Of a DNA stretch of 60,790 nucleotides, positions 1 to 9,708 are shown in pieces. This stretch comes from Acidobacteriota bacterium (lineage in GTDB: Bacteria; Acidobacteriota; Vicinamibacteria; Vicinamibacterales; UBA2999): contig JACQTK010000209.1 in assembly GCA_016210845.1 (NCBI GenBank), forward strand, positions 1 to 60,790, in the 5' to 3' direction. The stretch's first letter is position 1, and each line of letters begins with the position of its first letter. Below the pieces are notes generated by a model that saw only the letters and a list, made by a program, of their open reading frames with translations, did not search any database and was not told where the DNA came from. Both the position numbers and the translations under genes were made by a program.

Positions 1-303
1 ACCGATGAGAGCGTTAGCATGGCCATGCTATTCCGATGGTGGATATTGTCTCCCGGCTAATGTGCCCACCGTGCCATGACGCGCTACATCGCTGAGATGC
101 GGCACCGTGAGGCGAGCAATCCTGTGGCTGTGCTGAGGTCCGGAGCCGCAATCTTAGGTTGACTCTCGAGCAGTCGCCAAGGGTTTCTCACATGGCGAGG
201 TCGTGAACAGCGGAGTATCCGTGCAGGGCGAGAAATATGTTGTTGACGGCTGGTTGTCGGCGCTCAGTCAAGAGAGCCGTCAGTGGCTTCGGCGATGCGC
301 TGT

Positions 304-1278
304 TCAGCGGCGGAGGCTGCTCAGATTCTCACCCAGCGCGACAAGGTCGTGGCCGTTGACCGCCTCAACCACCTCGTACCACTCGTCGTCCAACGTTTCA
401 GGATGCCGCGCGCCAAGGATCGCGCCTGCGATGGACGCCACCGAATCGCTGTCGCCCCCGATGTTGGCCGCGAGCAGGATGGCCGCCCGAGCGGACTCCA
501 TGACCGTCCCCAGCGTGATGGCGAGCGGCACGATCGTCAGCGCGCTGTTGGGAAAGCACCGCACAGCCACGTCGTCCGGCGGCAGCTCCGTCGACCCCTG
601 CAACTCGGTATGGGACGCGCGCAGGGCTTTCGCGAAGGTGGCCGCTGCTCCGCCCGACCGCTGGCGCTCGGCTTGGGCGGCCGCGCGCTCTGCCACGTCG
701 ACGATCTCGGACGATGATGCGCCGTCGATCGCCGCGGATACCGCCACGGCCGTGGCGGCCGCAGCGGCAAGCGCCAGCGCCCCACCGTGAGTCGGGATCG
801 AGGCCTCTCGCACAGCGGCGACGATCTGGTCCAGCCGATCCGACGTGTACAGAATACCGACAGGCGATGCACGAACGGCCGCGCCGCAGCCATCGTGATC
901 TGCCGTCACTCGGGCAGGGTCGCCCGCCTGATGGAACTCCCAGAGCGACCGAACGCCCGGATGCACGCTCTTGGTGCACACGAGCAGCTCGCGGCCGACG
1001 CTCGCGTGGCGGACGTCGCCGTCGCGAAGAATCGCATGGGCCACCGCGATCGTGTTCTCGGTGTCGTCGGTGGTCTCACCGACTCGCCACTCGTATCTGG
1101 CGTGGCCGACGTACCGCGGGATCACCGTTCCCGGTCGTCCCTCGAACCCACGGACCCCGTCCGGATACCAGCGCCGAACGCCCTCGCGCGACAACGTCTC
1201 GGTCTGCTTGCCAATGGCGTCGCCGGTGGCCACGCCCTTCAACGCGGCGACGATCCGATCGGTGGACCGTCGATTCAT
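304..1278 (-). CDS. ADP-ribosylglycohydrolase family protein
   Basis: 324-aa ORF with ATG start. N-terminal GDAIGK, TDDTE and C-terminal GGDSDSVASIAGAILGA motifs are typical of the ARH/DraG fold. Confidence 0.85.
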   Translation of the reverse strand: MNRRSTDRIVAALKGVATGDAIGKQTETLSREGVRRWYPDGVRGFEGRPGTVIPRYVGHARYEWRVGETTDDTENTIAVAHAILRDGDVRHASVGRELLVCTKSVHPGVRSLWEFHQAGDPARVTADHDGCGAAVRASPVGILYTSDRLDQIVAAVREASIPTHGGALALAAAAATAVAVSAAIDGASSSEIVDVAERAAAQAERQRSGGAAATFAKALRASHTELQGSTELPPDDVAVRCFPNSALTIVPLAITLGTVMESARAAILLAANIGGDSDSVASIAGAILGARHPETLDDEWYEVVEAVNGHDLVALGENLSSLRR

Positions 1279-1279
1279 G

Positions 1280-2083
1280 TCAGGACCGCGCGCGAATCAC
1301 ACCCGCGATCCGACCGGCCCGCTCCTTCTCGGCGCGATACGACGTGAGCACGTCGAGGTGCATGGCCGTACAGAGCCCGGAAAGATAAATGTGTCCTTCG
1401 GGGACACCCGCCAGAATCAGCTGGTCGCGGTTGGCGCCGGCGAGGTCGAGACGGGTCGGCGGCCGTGCCTCGCGGCCGGTGTCAGGCGGAAACACCGCGC
1501 GCCGCGGCGGCGGCGCGAGGAACCAACGGTCGATGGCGTCGCGCGGATGCCCCGCGGCCGCGAACGCGTCCACGACGTCGGGTCCGACCTCGTAGCAGCA
1601 CGAGCCAATGCAGGGGCCGATCGCCGCCACCAGATCGCCCGGCTGTGCGCCGAACTCACGTGCCAGCGCCTCCACCGCGGCGCGGGCCGCCCCCGCCGCC
1701 GTACCACGCCAGCCGCTGTGCACGGCCGCGACGGCCCCCGTTGCTGGATCGGCGAGCAGGAGCGGTACGCAATCGGCCGCGCGCACCGCCAGGGCCAGGC
1801 TGGCATCGTCGGACACCGCAACGTCCGCCTCGGGACGGCTGGGCGGGAGCGGCGACCCGCGGCGGATCGTCACGACGCCGCGGCCATGCACTTGCGCGAG
1901 CGTGAGCACGCGCTCGGCCCCAACGGCCTCGCACACACGACGCCAGTCCTCACCGGTCGACAACTCCGGTTGACGGGTGGTGAACAGGTTCGCCGCAAGC
2001 GGATCGAGGGCGCGGCAGTGCAACGCCGCGCCCCAGGACGACTCCGTCCAGTAGAAGGGTTCGGGAACGGGCGGCAGGCTCAT
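1280..2083 (-). CDS. pgeF: peptidoglycan editing factor PgeF / YfiH (DUF152, laccase-domain) protein
   Basis: ORF 1280..2194 trimmed to the internal ATG (MSLPPVPEPFYW) at 2083. Motifs VHSGWRG and GPCIGSCCYEVG are present. The stop lies 1 nt before the downstream gene start. Confidence 0.85.
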   Translation of the reverse strand: MSLPPVPEPFYWTESSWGAALHCRALDPLAANLFTTRQPELSTGEDWRRVCEAVGAERVLTLAQVHGRGVVTIRRGSPLPPSRPEADVAVSDDASLALAVRAADCVPLLLADPATGAVAAVHSGWRGTAAGAARAAVEALAREFGAQPGDLVAAIGPCIGSCCYEVGPDVVDAFAAAGHPRDAIDRWFLAPPPRRAVFPPDTGREARPPTRLDLAGANRDQLILAGVPEGHIYLSGLCTAMHLDVLTSYRAEKERAGRIAGVIRARS

Positions 2084-2477
2084 GTACGATGACTGCGTGG
2101 AAATTATAGGCTCCGGGCTCGACGCGACCGAGATTGCCCGGATGGCCGCGGCAATCGAGCGGTACGGCGAGCGCTTCGTAGGCCGTGTGTTCACGGACGA
2201 GGAGGTGCGCTACTGCCGCGGGAAGCGCAATGCCGGTCCCTCGTTCGCCGCCCGGTTCGCCGCGAAGGAAGCGGCCATGAAGGCGCTGGGCACGGGACAT
2301 TCCCACGGGGTCTTCTGGCGGGGGATCGAGGTCGTGCGCCGCGGCGGTCCCCCGCAACTGCGGTTTCATGGCGGCGCGGCCGCGCGGTTCGCGGCCATGG
2401 GCGCTACCCACTCGCTCCTTACACTCACACATTCACAGGATCTCGCGATCGCCCACGTGCTGTTGCTGCGCGATTGA
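2082..2477 (+). CDS. acpS: holo-[acyl-carrier-protein] synthase
   Basis: 131-aa ORF with IIGSGLD and FAAKEAAMKALGTG motifs of AcpS-type phosphopantetheinyl transferases. An alternative GTG start exists at 2097. Confidence 0.85.
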   Translation: MYDDCVEIIGSGLDATEIARMAAAIERYGERFVGRVFTDEEVRYCRGKRNAGPSFAARFAAKEAAMKALGTGHSHGVFWRGIEVVRRGGPPQLRFHGGAAARFAAMGATHSLLTLTHSQDLAIAHVLLLRD

Positions 2478-2688
2478 CCGACAACCGCCGTTAACAGTTC
2501 GCGATGCGGCGTCCTGGCATCGATGCCGCGCGCGGGCAGAACTGCCATCAGGTCAAAGGCTTGCTCGCACAGCCCGGGCATCCATGCCTCGGCGCGCGCC
2601 TTGCCTCCGGTTCGAGCAGCCAGCGCTCCTGCCGCGCTTCGCGCACACGGCGAGCGGCGGCGGGCGAGCCACAGGACGGAGGAACGCC

Positions 2689-2991
2689 GTGGACGTCAAG
2701 ATCACCCCGAACGACAAGAACAGTCCGCCAGGCAAGCTCGCGGACGCAGAACTGCACTTCACCGACGGCGCGCTGGCGGGACTGAAGCTGATTGGCTTCG
2801 CCGTCTGGGAGCGGCGCACGGGAGGCGGGCGCAACGTCACGTTTCCGGCCCGCCAGTACTCCGTGAACGGCGAGCGGCGCACCTTTGCCTTGCTGCGGCC
2901 GGTGGCCGACGTCACCGCGCAGGATCGCATCCGGGAGCTGATTCTGGAGGCCTACGCCGAGTACGAAGAGAAGGCCGCCGTGGCGACCTGA
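2689..2991 (+). CDS. small SpoVG-like protein (tentative)
   Basis: C-terminal 100 codons of ORF 2368..2991, starting at GTG 2689 with GGAGGA 5-10 nt upstream. The pattern LKLIGFAVWERR..NVTFPARQY..FALLRPV..RIRELILEAY resembles the SpoVG strand/helix layout. The family call is weak. Confidence 0.5.
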   Translation: MDVKITPNDKNSPPGKLADAELHFTDGALAGLKLIGFAVWERRTGGGRNVTFPARQYSVNGERRTFALLRPVADVTAQDRIRELILEAYAEYEEKAAVAT

Positions 2992-3010
2992 CGTCGCACG
3001 GCCGCGGGGA

Positions 3011-4756
3011 CTATCGCAGCACAGGCAGGAGGAGGGCGTTCCCGTGCTGACGTTTGGGCGGCAGCGTCCACTCCGCGCGCAGCGCTTTGTCGAGCTCCGC
3101 GCGGAAGAAGGCGCGCTTCATGCCGCCGTCGATGATGTCCCACGGGAGCACGGCGTCGTGCGAGCGGTCGCGGAACACGAAGAAGCCCGCGCCGACGCCC
3201 GCTTCCACCTCGGCGGCGCGCCAGTTGCCGCCGTTGCGCTCGGCCGCCTCGATGGCGGGCGCCACGCGGCGGTCGCCGAGCGAGAGCAGCGCCTGGTAGA
3301 AGGAATGCCGTTCCGACTTGATCGTGAAGTAGACGTTGTCGATCCCCGCCATCAGGCTTCGCATCCGCCTGATCTTCCGCTCGATCGACGCGTCGTCTTC
3401 CATGGGGAGCCACTGGTACGCGGTGCCCGGCTTGGGCACCAGCGGGTTCACGCTGCCGACGATCCGTCCGAGCTGCCCGCGGCCGCGGCCGTGCGCCAGC
3501 ATGATGGCCCGCAGCTGGAGCGTCAGGTCGCGGATGGCCACCAGGTCCTCGTCGGTTTCCGTGGGCAGGCCGATCATGAAGTAGAGCTTCAGGTTCTCGA
3601 TGCCGCTCGAGAAGATCAGCTCCGCGCTCGACAGGATCTCGTCGTTGGTGATCGTCTTGTTGATGACGCGCCGCAGCCGATCGGAACCGGTTTCGGGCGC
3701 AATCGTGAGCGTCCGCTCGCCGCTCTCGCGCAGCAGTCGGACGATGGTCGGCGTCAGGTCGTCGAGCCTGAGCGACGCGGGGCTGATCGAATACCCCATC
3801 CCTGCGAGCTGCGACAGGATCTCCTCGATCTCGGGATGATCGCAGAGCGCGATCGACACCAGCCCCGCGCGGTTGGCGTGCGGCCGCGCCTCGCGCGCCA
3901 GCTGCAGGATGCGCTCCTTCGGGAACGGCCGCACGGGCAGATAGTTGTAGCCCGCCCAGCAGAAGCGGCACAGGTTGGCGCATCCCCGCACCACCTCCAC
4001 GAGGAACCGCGACCCGAATTCGGTCTCGGGCGTGAAGATCGTGGTGGCCGGCGGATCCACCGCATCCGTCGTCGTGAGCGCGGCCTTCCTCACGGACGGC
4101 GGCGCATCGGTCCCGGGCTTCGGCACGAACGCGGCAATCGTGCCGTCGTGTCCGTGGGTCACGTCGTAGAACGACGGAATGTAGAAGCCGCGCTCCCACG
4201 CGAGCGCACGCAGCAGGCCGTCGCGGTCCGCCGCGCCCTGGAACGCTCGAAGAAGCGACGGCACGAGCGCCTCGCCCTCGCCCGCGGCAATGACGTCGGC
4301 AAACGGCGCCAGCGGCTCGGGGTTCACGAACGTCACCGCGCCGCCGATCACGACCAGCGGGTGTCTGGCCGTGCGCGCGGCCGCGCGTGGGGGCAGGCCC
4401 GCCAGGCGCAGCAGCGTCACGACGTTCGTGTAGTCCCACTCGAAGGAGACCGAGAAGGCCAGGACGTCGAACTCCGACACGGGGGTCTGGGACTCGAGCG
4501 TCATGAGCGGCGCCCCGGACGCAAGCTGCGCCGCCAGCTCGCTCTTCGGCGGCAGGAACACGCGTTCGCAGACGATCGCGTCTTCGGCATTGAAGAGCTT
4601 GTAGATCGTCTGGAACCCGAGGTTCGACATCCCCACGAAGTACGTGTTGGGAAACGCGAGGGCCACGCGGAGACGGCCGCCGTGCGGCTTGCGGACGTAC
4701 CCCACCTCCTTGGACAGGAGCTCGCGGGCGCGCTCGCGCTGTGGCCAGTGCTTCAT
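3011..4756 (-). CDS. radical SAM protein with B12-binding-like N-terminal domain (TIGR03960-like, function unknown)
   Basis: 581-aa ORF. The CxxxCxxC cluster motif appears as RGCANLCRFCWAGYNY. Size and domain order fit the uncharacterised large rSAM family. Confidence 0.85.
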   Translation of the reverse strand: MKHWPQRERARELLSKEVGYVRKPHGGRLRVALAFPNTYFVGMSNLGFQTIYKLFNAEDAIVCERVFLPPKSELAAQLASGAPLMTLESQTPVSEFDVLAFSVSFEWDYTNVVTLLRLAGLPPRAAARTARHPLVVIGGAVTFVNPEPLAPFADVIAAGEGEALVPSLLRAFQGAADRDGLLRALAWERGFYIPSFYDVTHGHDGTIAAFVPKPGTDAPPSVRKAALTTTDAVDPPATTIFTPETEFGSRFLVEVVRGCANLCRFCWAGYNYLPVRPFPKERILQLAREARPHANRAGLVSIALCDHPEIEEILSQLAGMGYSISPASLRLDDLTPTIVRLLRESGERTLTIAPETGSDRLRRVINKTITNDEILSSAELIFSSGIENLKLYFMIGLPTETDEDLVAIRDLTLQLRAIMLAHGRGRGQLGRIVGSVNPLVPKPGTAYQWLPMEDDASIERKIRRMRSLMAGIDNVYFTIKSERHSFYQALLSLGDRRVAPAIEAAERNGGNWRAAEVEAGVGAGFFVFRDRSHDAVLPWDIIDGGMKRAFFRAELDKALRAEWTLPPKRQHGNALLLPVLR

Positions 4757-4816
4757 CGGACTGCGTAGGAGACGAACGGAAAATGGTGCGTGATCTGCTG
4801 CTGATTCGCCGACGAT

Positions 4817-4859
4817 CGCGCGTGCCGTGGGTCTACCTAGTGTACCACCGGCACGCGCG
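4817..4859 (-). terminator. GC-rich hairpin downstream of ftsZ (terminator-like, no clear U-tract)
   Basis: Perfect 11-bp inverted repeat cgcgcgtgccg / cggcacgcgcg (4817-4827 / 4849-4859), 7 nt after the ftsZ stop. Confidence 0.35.
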
Positions 4860-4865
4860 TCGCCC

Positions 4866-6152
4866 CTACGACTGGCGGCGGAGAAACGCCGGAATGTCCA
4901 GCGGCGATGCCAGCTCCGCCGCGCCTTCCGCCCCGCCGCCTGCCGTCATCGGCGGCAGCGAGAGCTCCAGCCCCGGCCGCCTGGTCACCGTCAGCTGAGG
5001 CGCCATCGCCGATGGCTGAACGGTGCACGTCGCCTCGCCGGTCACGGGCGCATCCGCCATCCGTGCCACCGGGACGGCGTCGGCGGCGCGCGCCAGATGC
5101 GCCGTGTAGCTGCGCAGGTCCGTCGGCGTCTCGAGGGCCGCGGCGGGCACCGCGCGTCCGGCGCCCTTGCGGTCGAACCCCGTGGCGATCACGGTGATCT
5201 TCACCTTGCCTTTGAGATCGGGGTCGACCACCGCGCCGAAGATGATGTTGGCATCCTCGTGGGCCGCCTCCTGGATGACGCACGACGCCTCGTTCACCTC
5301 CATCAGCGACAGGTCGGGGCCTCCGGTGACGTTGATGATGACCCCGCGAGCGCCGTTGACGGAGCCGTCCTCGAGCAGGGGGCTCGCGATCGCTTTCTGG
5401 GCCGCCTGCATCGCCCGGTTGTCGCCCTCGGCGAGCCCGGTGCCCATCATCGCCACGCCCATGCCGCACATGATGGTCTTGACGTCGGCGAAGTCCAGGT
5501 TGATCAGCCCTGGCACGAGAATCAGATCCGAAATTCCCTGGATGGCCTGCCGCAGCACGTCGTCGGCCATCGAGAATGCATCCGTCAGCGACGTCTGGCG
5601 GTCGATGATCGTGAGCAGCCGCTCGTTGGGGATCGTGATCACCGTGTCGACGCACTCCCGCAGCGCCTCGAGCCCCGCCTCGGCGTGCATCGCGCGCTTC
5701 CGCCCCTCGAACTTGAACGGCCGAGTGACGACGGCCACGGTAAGCGCGCCCAGCTCGCCGGCGAGGCTGGCGATCACGGGCGCCGCGCCCGTGCCCGTGC
5801 CGCCGCCGAGGCCCGTGGTGATGAAGATCATGTCGGCGCCCGAGAGCGCCTGGAGGATCGTGTCGGTGTCCTCGAGCGCGGCCTGGCGGCCGATGTTCGG
5901 GTCCGCCCCCGCTCCGAGGCCCTTGGTCAGCTTCTGGCCGATCGGCAGTTTCACCCCCGCGGCGTTCTGCTCGAGCGCCTGCACGTCCGTGTTGGCGACG
6001 ATGAACTCCACGCCGCCGAGGCCGACGGCCACCATGCGGTTGACGGCGTTGCTGCCGCCGCCCCCGACGCCAATCACCTTGATCTTCGCGCCGCGGCGCG
6101 CCTCGGGATCGAGCGTCAGTCGCAGCTTGTCCATTTCAGCCTGCTTCATCAC
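4866..6152 (-). CDS. ftsZ: cell division protein FtsZ
   Basis: 428 aa. Contains the tubulin signature [13 protein letters not shown] and NTDVQAL, a Pro/Ala-rich linker and the C-terminal peptide DIPAFLRRQ. Confidence 0.97.
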   Translation of the reverse strand: MMKQAEMDKLRLTLDPEARRGAKIKVIGVGGGGSNAVNRMVAVGLGGVEFIVANTDVQALEQNAAGVKLPIGQKLTKGLGAGADPNIGRQAALEDTDTILQALSGADMIFITTGLGGGTGTGAAPVIASLAGELGALTVAVVTRPFKFEGRKRAMHAEAGLEALRECVDTVITIPNERLLTIIDRQTSLTDAFSMADDVLRQAIQGISDLILVPGLINLDFADVKTIMCGMGVAMMGTGLAEGDNRAMQAAQKAIASPLLEDGSVNGARGVIINVTGGPDLSLMEVNEASCVIQEAAHEDANIIFGAVVDPDLKGKVKITVIATGFDRKGAGRAVPAAALETPTDLRSYTAHLARAADAVPVARMADAPVTGEATCTVQPSAMAPQLTVTRRPGLELSLPPMTAGGGAEGAAELASPLDIPAFLRRQS

Positions 6153-6158
6153 CGCCTC

Positions 6159-7391
6159 CTAGAAGAATTCCTTGAAGATCCCGCGCAGCCGTCCGGCCAT
6201 CCGGCCGAACGCGCCGCCGCCCGCGCGTGCCAGCTCGGGCACGCGGTTGCGATGGGCGTACAGCACCAGCCCGACCGGCGTGGCGAACGTGGGACTGTTG
6301 ACGTGATCGGCCAGCCCGCCGACGCCCGTGGGACACCCCCTCCGGATCGGCAGGTCGAAGATCTGTTCCGCGATTTCCGGCATGCCCTCGAGGATGGAGC
6401 CGCCGCCCGTGAGGACGATGCCCGAGTTGAGCGACTTCTCGTAGCCCGCGCGGCGGATCTCGTCCCACACCAGGTGGAAGATCTCCTCGGCGCGCGGCTG
6501 CAGGATCTCCGAGAGGATGCGCCGTGCCATGAGGCGCGGCTTGCGGCCGCCGACGCTGGCCACCTCGATCGTCTCGTCCTCGTCGACCATCGACGACAGC
6601 GCGCACCCGTTCTTGCGCTTGACCTTCTCCGCCTCGGGAATCGGCGTGCGCAGCCCGACGGCGATGTCGCTGGTGAAGTGATCCCCGCCAACCGCCACGA
6701 CCGCCGTGTGCCACAGGCTGCCGCGCTCGAAGATGGCCAGGTCCGCCGTGCCGCCGCCGATATCGACGAGCGCGACGCCCAGCTCCTTTTCGTCCGGCGT
6801 CAGCACCGCCTCGGCCGCGGCCAGCTGCTCGATGACCGTATCGGTGACCGACACGCCCGCGCGGTTCACGCAGGCCACGATGTTCTGGGTGGACGACACG
6901 CCGCCGGTGACGATGTGCACGTTCACCTCGAGCCGCGCGCCGGTCATGCCGACGGGAGCGCCGATGCCGTCCTGGTCGTCGACGACGAAGTCCTGCGGGA
7001 GCACGTGCAGGATCTCGCGGCCCGCAGGCAGCGACACCGCCTTGGCCGCCTCGATGGCCCGCCGGACGTCGTCGCGGCCGATCTCGCGGTTCTTGCCCGC
7101 CACCGCAATGACGCCGCGGCTGTTGAAGCCCTTGACGTGCGGGCCGGAGAGCGCGAGGTGGACCGAGTCGATCTCGACGCCCGCCATCAGCTCCGCCTCC
7201 TCGATCGCCTTCTTGATCGAGTCCACCGCCGCCTCGAGGTTGACCACGACGCCCCGCTTGATGCCGCGCGACTCGGCGGTCCCGATCCCGACGACGTCGA
7301 GGCTGCCGTCGTCGAGCGCCTCGCCGACGACCGCGCAGACGCTGGACGTGCCCACGTCGAGCCCCACCAGATACCGTTCGCTACGAGTCAA
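6159..7391 (-). CDS. ftsA: cell division protein FtsA
   Basis: 410 aa, actin-like ATPase (VGLDVGTS, DIGGGTADLAIF). TTG start with AGGAGG 5 nt upstream. Located between ftsQ and ftsZ. Confidence 0.95.
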   Translation of the reverse strand: MTRSERYLVGLDVGTSSVCAVVGEALDDGSLDVVGIGTAESRGIKRGVVVNLEAAVDSIKKAIEEAELMAGVEIDSVHLALSGPHVKGFNSRGVIAVAGKNREIGRDDVRRAIEAAKAVSLPAGREILHVLPQDFVVDDQDGIGAPVGMTGARLEVNVHIVTGGVSSTQNIVACVNRAGVSVTDTVIEQLAAAEAVLTPDEKELGVALVDIGGGTADLAIFERGSLWHTAVVAVGGDHFTSDIAVGLRTPIPEAEKVKRKNGCALSSMVDEDETIEVASVGGRKPRLMARRILSEILQPRAEEIFHLVWDEIRRAGYEKSLNSGIVLTGGGSILEGMPEIAEQIFDLPIRRGCPTGVGGLADHVNSPTFATPVGLVLYAHRNRVPELARAGGGAFGRMAGRLRGIFKEFF

Positions 7392-7401
7392 ACTGCCTCC
7401 T

Positions 7402-7499
7402 GTAGGCCACAGGGCCCGGGCCCTGGGCCTCAGCTCTCACTCCCGTCCTTCTGAGCCCTGGGCGAGCTGAGGCCTGGGCCCCGTGGCCTGGGGCCTCAC
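7402..7499. repeat. palindromic element, GGCCC(A/T)GGGCC family
   Basis: Arms gggcctcagctc (7425-7436) and gagctgaggcc (7464-7474), plus the self-palindrome agggcccgggccct (7411-7424). It spans the ftsQ stop codon. A second family member is at 21422-21498. Confidence 0.6.
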
Positions 7500-8294
7500 G
7501 TACACCCGCTCGCCGAACCGCATGTCGACGTAGTCGATTGCCGGCACCCGCTCGCGCAGGGCCGGCGCCAGATCCAGGTACGACTGCAGGCGTTCCACGA
7601 ACTGCTCGTCGCCGACGCGCACGAGCGTCGTCTCGCCCTCGAGGATCACGACGGCGTCGCGCAGGTCGCTGACGTCGATCTGCGACACCCGCCTGGCCAG
7701 GTCCGGACGGGTTTGCAGCGAGGCGAGCAGCCGACGGACCAGCCCCGCGCGCCCTTCGTCGACGAGCGGCCCGCCCTCGCGCCGCGGCGCGGCGAGACCG
7801 TCGATCACGGGCAGATCGAAGCCCGCATAGTTCGGCCCGAACTCGTCGATGATGGCGCCGTCGTCGTCGATGAGATAGAGGCGCTCGCCGATCCGCGCGA
7901 TCCCCATCGGCTGGCGCTCGGAAATGACGACGTCCACGGTGCTCGGCAGCACGCGGCGAATCGCCGCGTCGTCCACCCACGGGGACGACAGGAGCTTCCG
8001 GCGCCACGCTTCGAGGTCGACCAGCACCATGTTCCGGCCCTGCAGGCCGTCGAGCAGCGAGAGGACCTCGCCGCGCGCGAGGCTGGCGTTGCCGCTGACC
8101 GTGATGCGCGTGACCGTCAGCGCGTCCGCAGAGAGCGCCAGCTCCGCCGCGCGATAGGCCGCGTACGCCAGGAAAGTGCCGACGAGCGCCGCATACCCCA
8201 CCCGCCTCCACGACACCTCGAAGCGCCCGCGCCGCCGCGCGGGGCTCACGTAGGCACGACGGAAGCGCTTGTCGGCAGGCGCCGGGACCGTCAT
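7437..8294 (-). CDS. ftsQ: cell division protein FtsQ
   Basis: ORF 7437..9170 trimmed to ATG 8294 (MTVPAPADKRF), which overlaps the murC stop as ATGA. Has a single TM segment followed by POTRA-like and FtsQ-type domains. Position in the dcw cluster supports the call. Confidence 0.85.
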   Translation of the reverse strand: MTVPAPADKRFRRAYVSPARRRGRFEVSWRRVGYAALVGTFLAYAAYRAAELALSADALTVTRITVSGNASLARGEVLSLLDGLQGRNMVLVDLEAWRRKLLSSPWVDDAAIRRVLPSTVDVVISERQPMGIARIGERLYLIDDDGAIIDEFGPNYAGFDLPVIDGLAAPRREGGPLVDEGRAGLVRRLLASLQTRPDLARRVSQIDVSDLRDAVVILEGETTLVRVGDEQFVERLQSYLDLAPALRERVPAIDYVDMRFGERVYVRPQATGPRPQLAQGSEGRE

Positions 8295-9682
8295 GGGCCG
8301 GGCATCCTTTCCCGCTCGAGCGCCTCGACCAGGCGGCGCGGCACGGCGCCGATCGATCCGGCTCCGAGCGTGAGCACGGCGTCGCCCGCGGCCACGACCC
8401 TCAGCACTTCCGGCACCACGTCGTCGAGGCGCCTGACGGTGCGCACGGGCGCGCGCGATCCGCGTCGGATGGCGTCGGCCAGCGCCTCGACCGTGACGCC
8501 TGGGATCGGGTCCTCGCCGGCGGGGTAGATGTCGGTGAGGACGACCTCGTCGGCGCCCTGGAGCGACGGCCCGAAGGCCTCCATCAACCGCTTCGTCCGT
8601 GAATAGCGGTGCGGCTGGAAGACGACGATCAGCCGCCGGTCGAGCGTCGCCCGCGCCGCCGACAGGACGGCCGCAATCTCGGTGGGATGGTGTGCGTAGT
8701 CGTCGATCACCAGGACGCCGTTCACCTCGCCGTACCGCTGGAAGCGGCGCTCGGCGCCGCCGAACTCGCGCAGCGCGACCGCCACGCGATCGAATGCGAG
8801 GCCGATCTCCGCGGCGACGGCGGACGCGGCGAGCGCGTTCTGCAGGTTGTGGCGTCCCGGTACGGCGAGCTCCAGCACCCCCAGCCGCGCATCCCGATGC
8901 CGCACGACGCACCTGCCGCCGAAGGCGCCGAGCTCCACCTCCGTACCGTTGAAGTCGGCGCGCGGGTTGTCGAGGCCGTAGGTGACGATCCGCCGCGTCA
9001 CCTGCGACAGCACAGGCGCCAGGTTCGGATCGTCCGCGCAGGCCACGACGCTGCCGTAGAACGGCACCTTGTTCGCGAACTCGGCGAACGCCTGCTGCAG
9101 CTGCGCCAGGCTGCCGTAGCTGTCCATGTGCTCCTCGTCGACGTTGGTCATCACCGCGATCGACGGCCACAGGGTCAAGAACGACCGGTCGCTCTCGTCC
9201 GCCTCCGCCACCATGTACTCGCCGCGCCCGAGCCGCGCGCTGCTGCCGAAGGCGCTCAAGCGCCCGCCGATGACGGCCGTGGGATCGAGGCCGGCCCGCT
9301 CGAGCACGAACGCAATCATCGAGGTCGTCGTCGTCTTGCCGTGCGATCCCGCCACGGCAATCGAGAACCGCAGCCGCATCAGCTCGGCCAGCATCTCGGC
9401 GCGGCGGATGACCGGGACTCCGCGGCGCGTCGCCTCCACAATCTCGACGTTCGAGGGGCGCACCGCCGACGACACCACCACGACGTCCGCGCCGCCGACG
9501 TTGGCGGGGCTGTGGCCCTCGAACACCGTGATGCCGCGCGACTCGAGCCTGGCCGTCACCTCGGATCGCTTCAGGTCGGACCCGCTCACCGCGTAGCCGA
9601 GGTTCGCCAGCAGCTCGGCGATGCCGCTCATGCCGATCCCCCCGATGCCGACGAAATGGATCCGACGCGTTCTGCCAAGCAC
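8291..9682 (-). CDS. murC: UDP-N-acetylmuramate--L-alanine ligase
   Basis: 463 aa with GTG start. Contains HFVGIGGIGMSGIAELL and GSHGKTTTTSM Mur ligase motifs. Confidence 0.95.
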   Translation of the reverse strand: MLGRTRRIHFVGIGGIGMSGIAELLANLGYAVSGSDLKRSEVTARLESRGITVFEGHSPANVGGADVVVVSSAVRPSNVEIVEATRRGVPVIRRAEMLAELMRLRFSIAVAGSHGKTTTTSMIAFVLERAGLDPTAVIGGRLSAFGSSARLGRGEYMVAEADESDRSFLTLWPSIAVMTNVDEEHMDSYGSLAQLQQAFAEFANKVPFYGSVVACADDPNLAPVLSQVTRRIVTYGLDNPRADFNGTEVELGAFGGRCVVRHRDARLGVLELAVPGRHNLQNALAASAVAAEIGLAFDRVAVALREFGGAERRFQRYGEVNGVLVIDDYAHHPTEIAAVLSAARATLDRRLIVVFQPHRYSRTKRLMEAFGPSLQGADEVVLTDIYPAGEDPIPGVTVEALADAIRRGSRAPVRTVRRLDDVVPEVLRVVAAGDAVLTLGAGSIGAVPRRLVEALERERMPGP

Positions 9683-9708
9683 AACGCTCCTACCTGCCTG
9701 CCCCTGTG

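Noticed and set aside
3044-4768. 574-aa plus-strand ORF, and a 495-aa minus-strand ORF (2952..4439), overlapping the radical SAM gene.
   Set aside because: Both are alternative frames of a gene with clear radical SAM motifs. Both are Arg/Ala-rich, have no recognisable motif, and are GC-driven open frames.
4827-7454. 875-aa ORF on the plus strand, opposite ftsZ and ftsA.
   Set aside because: It is antisense to two unmistakable genes. Its composition is Arg/Ala/Gly/Asp-rich and featureless, as expected for open wrong frames in very GC-rich DNA.
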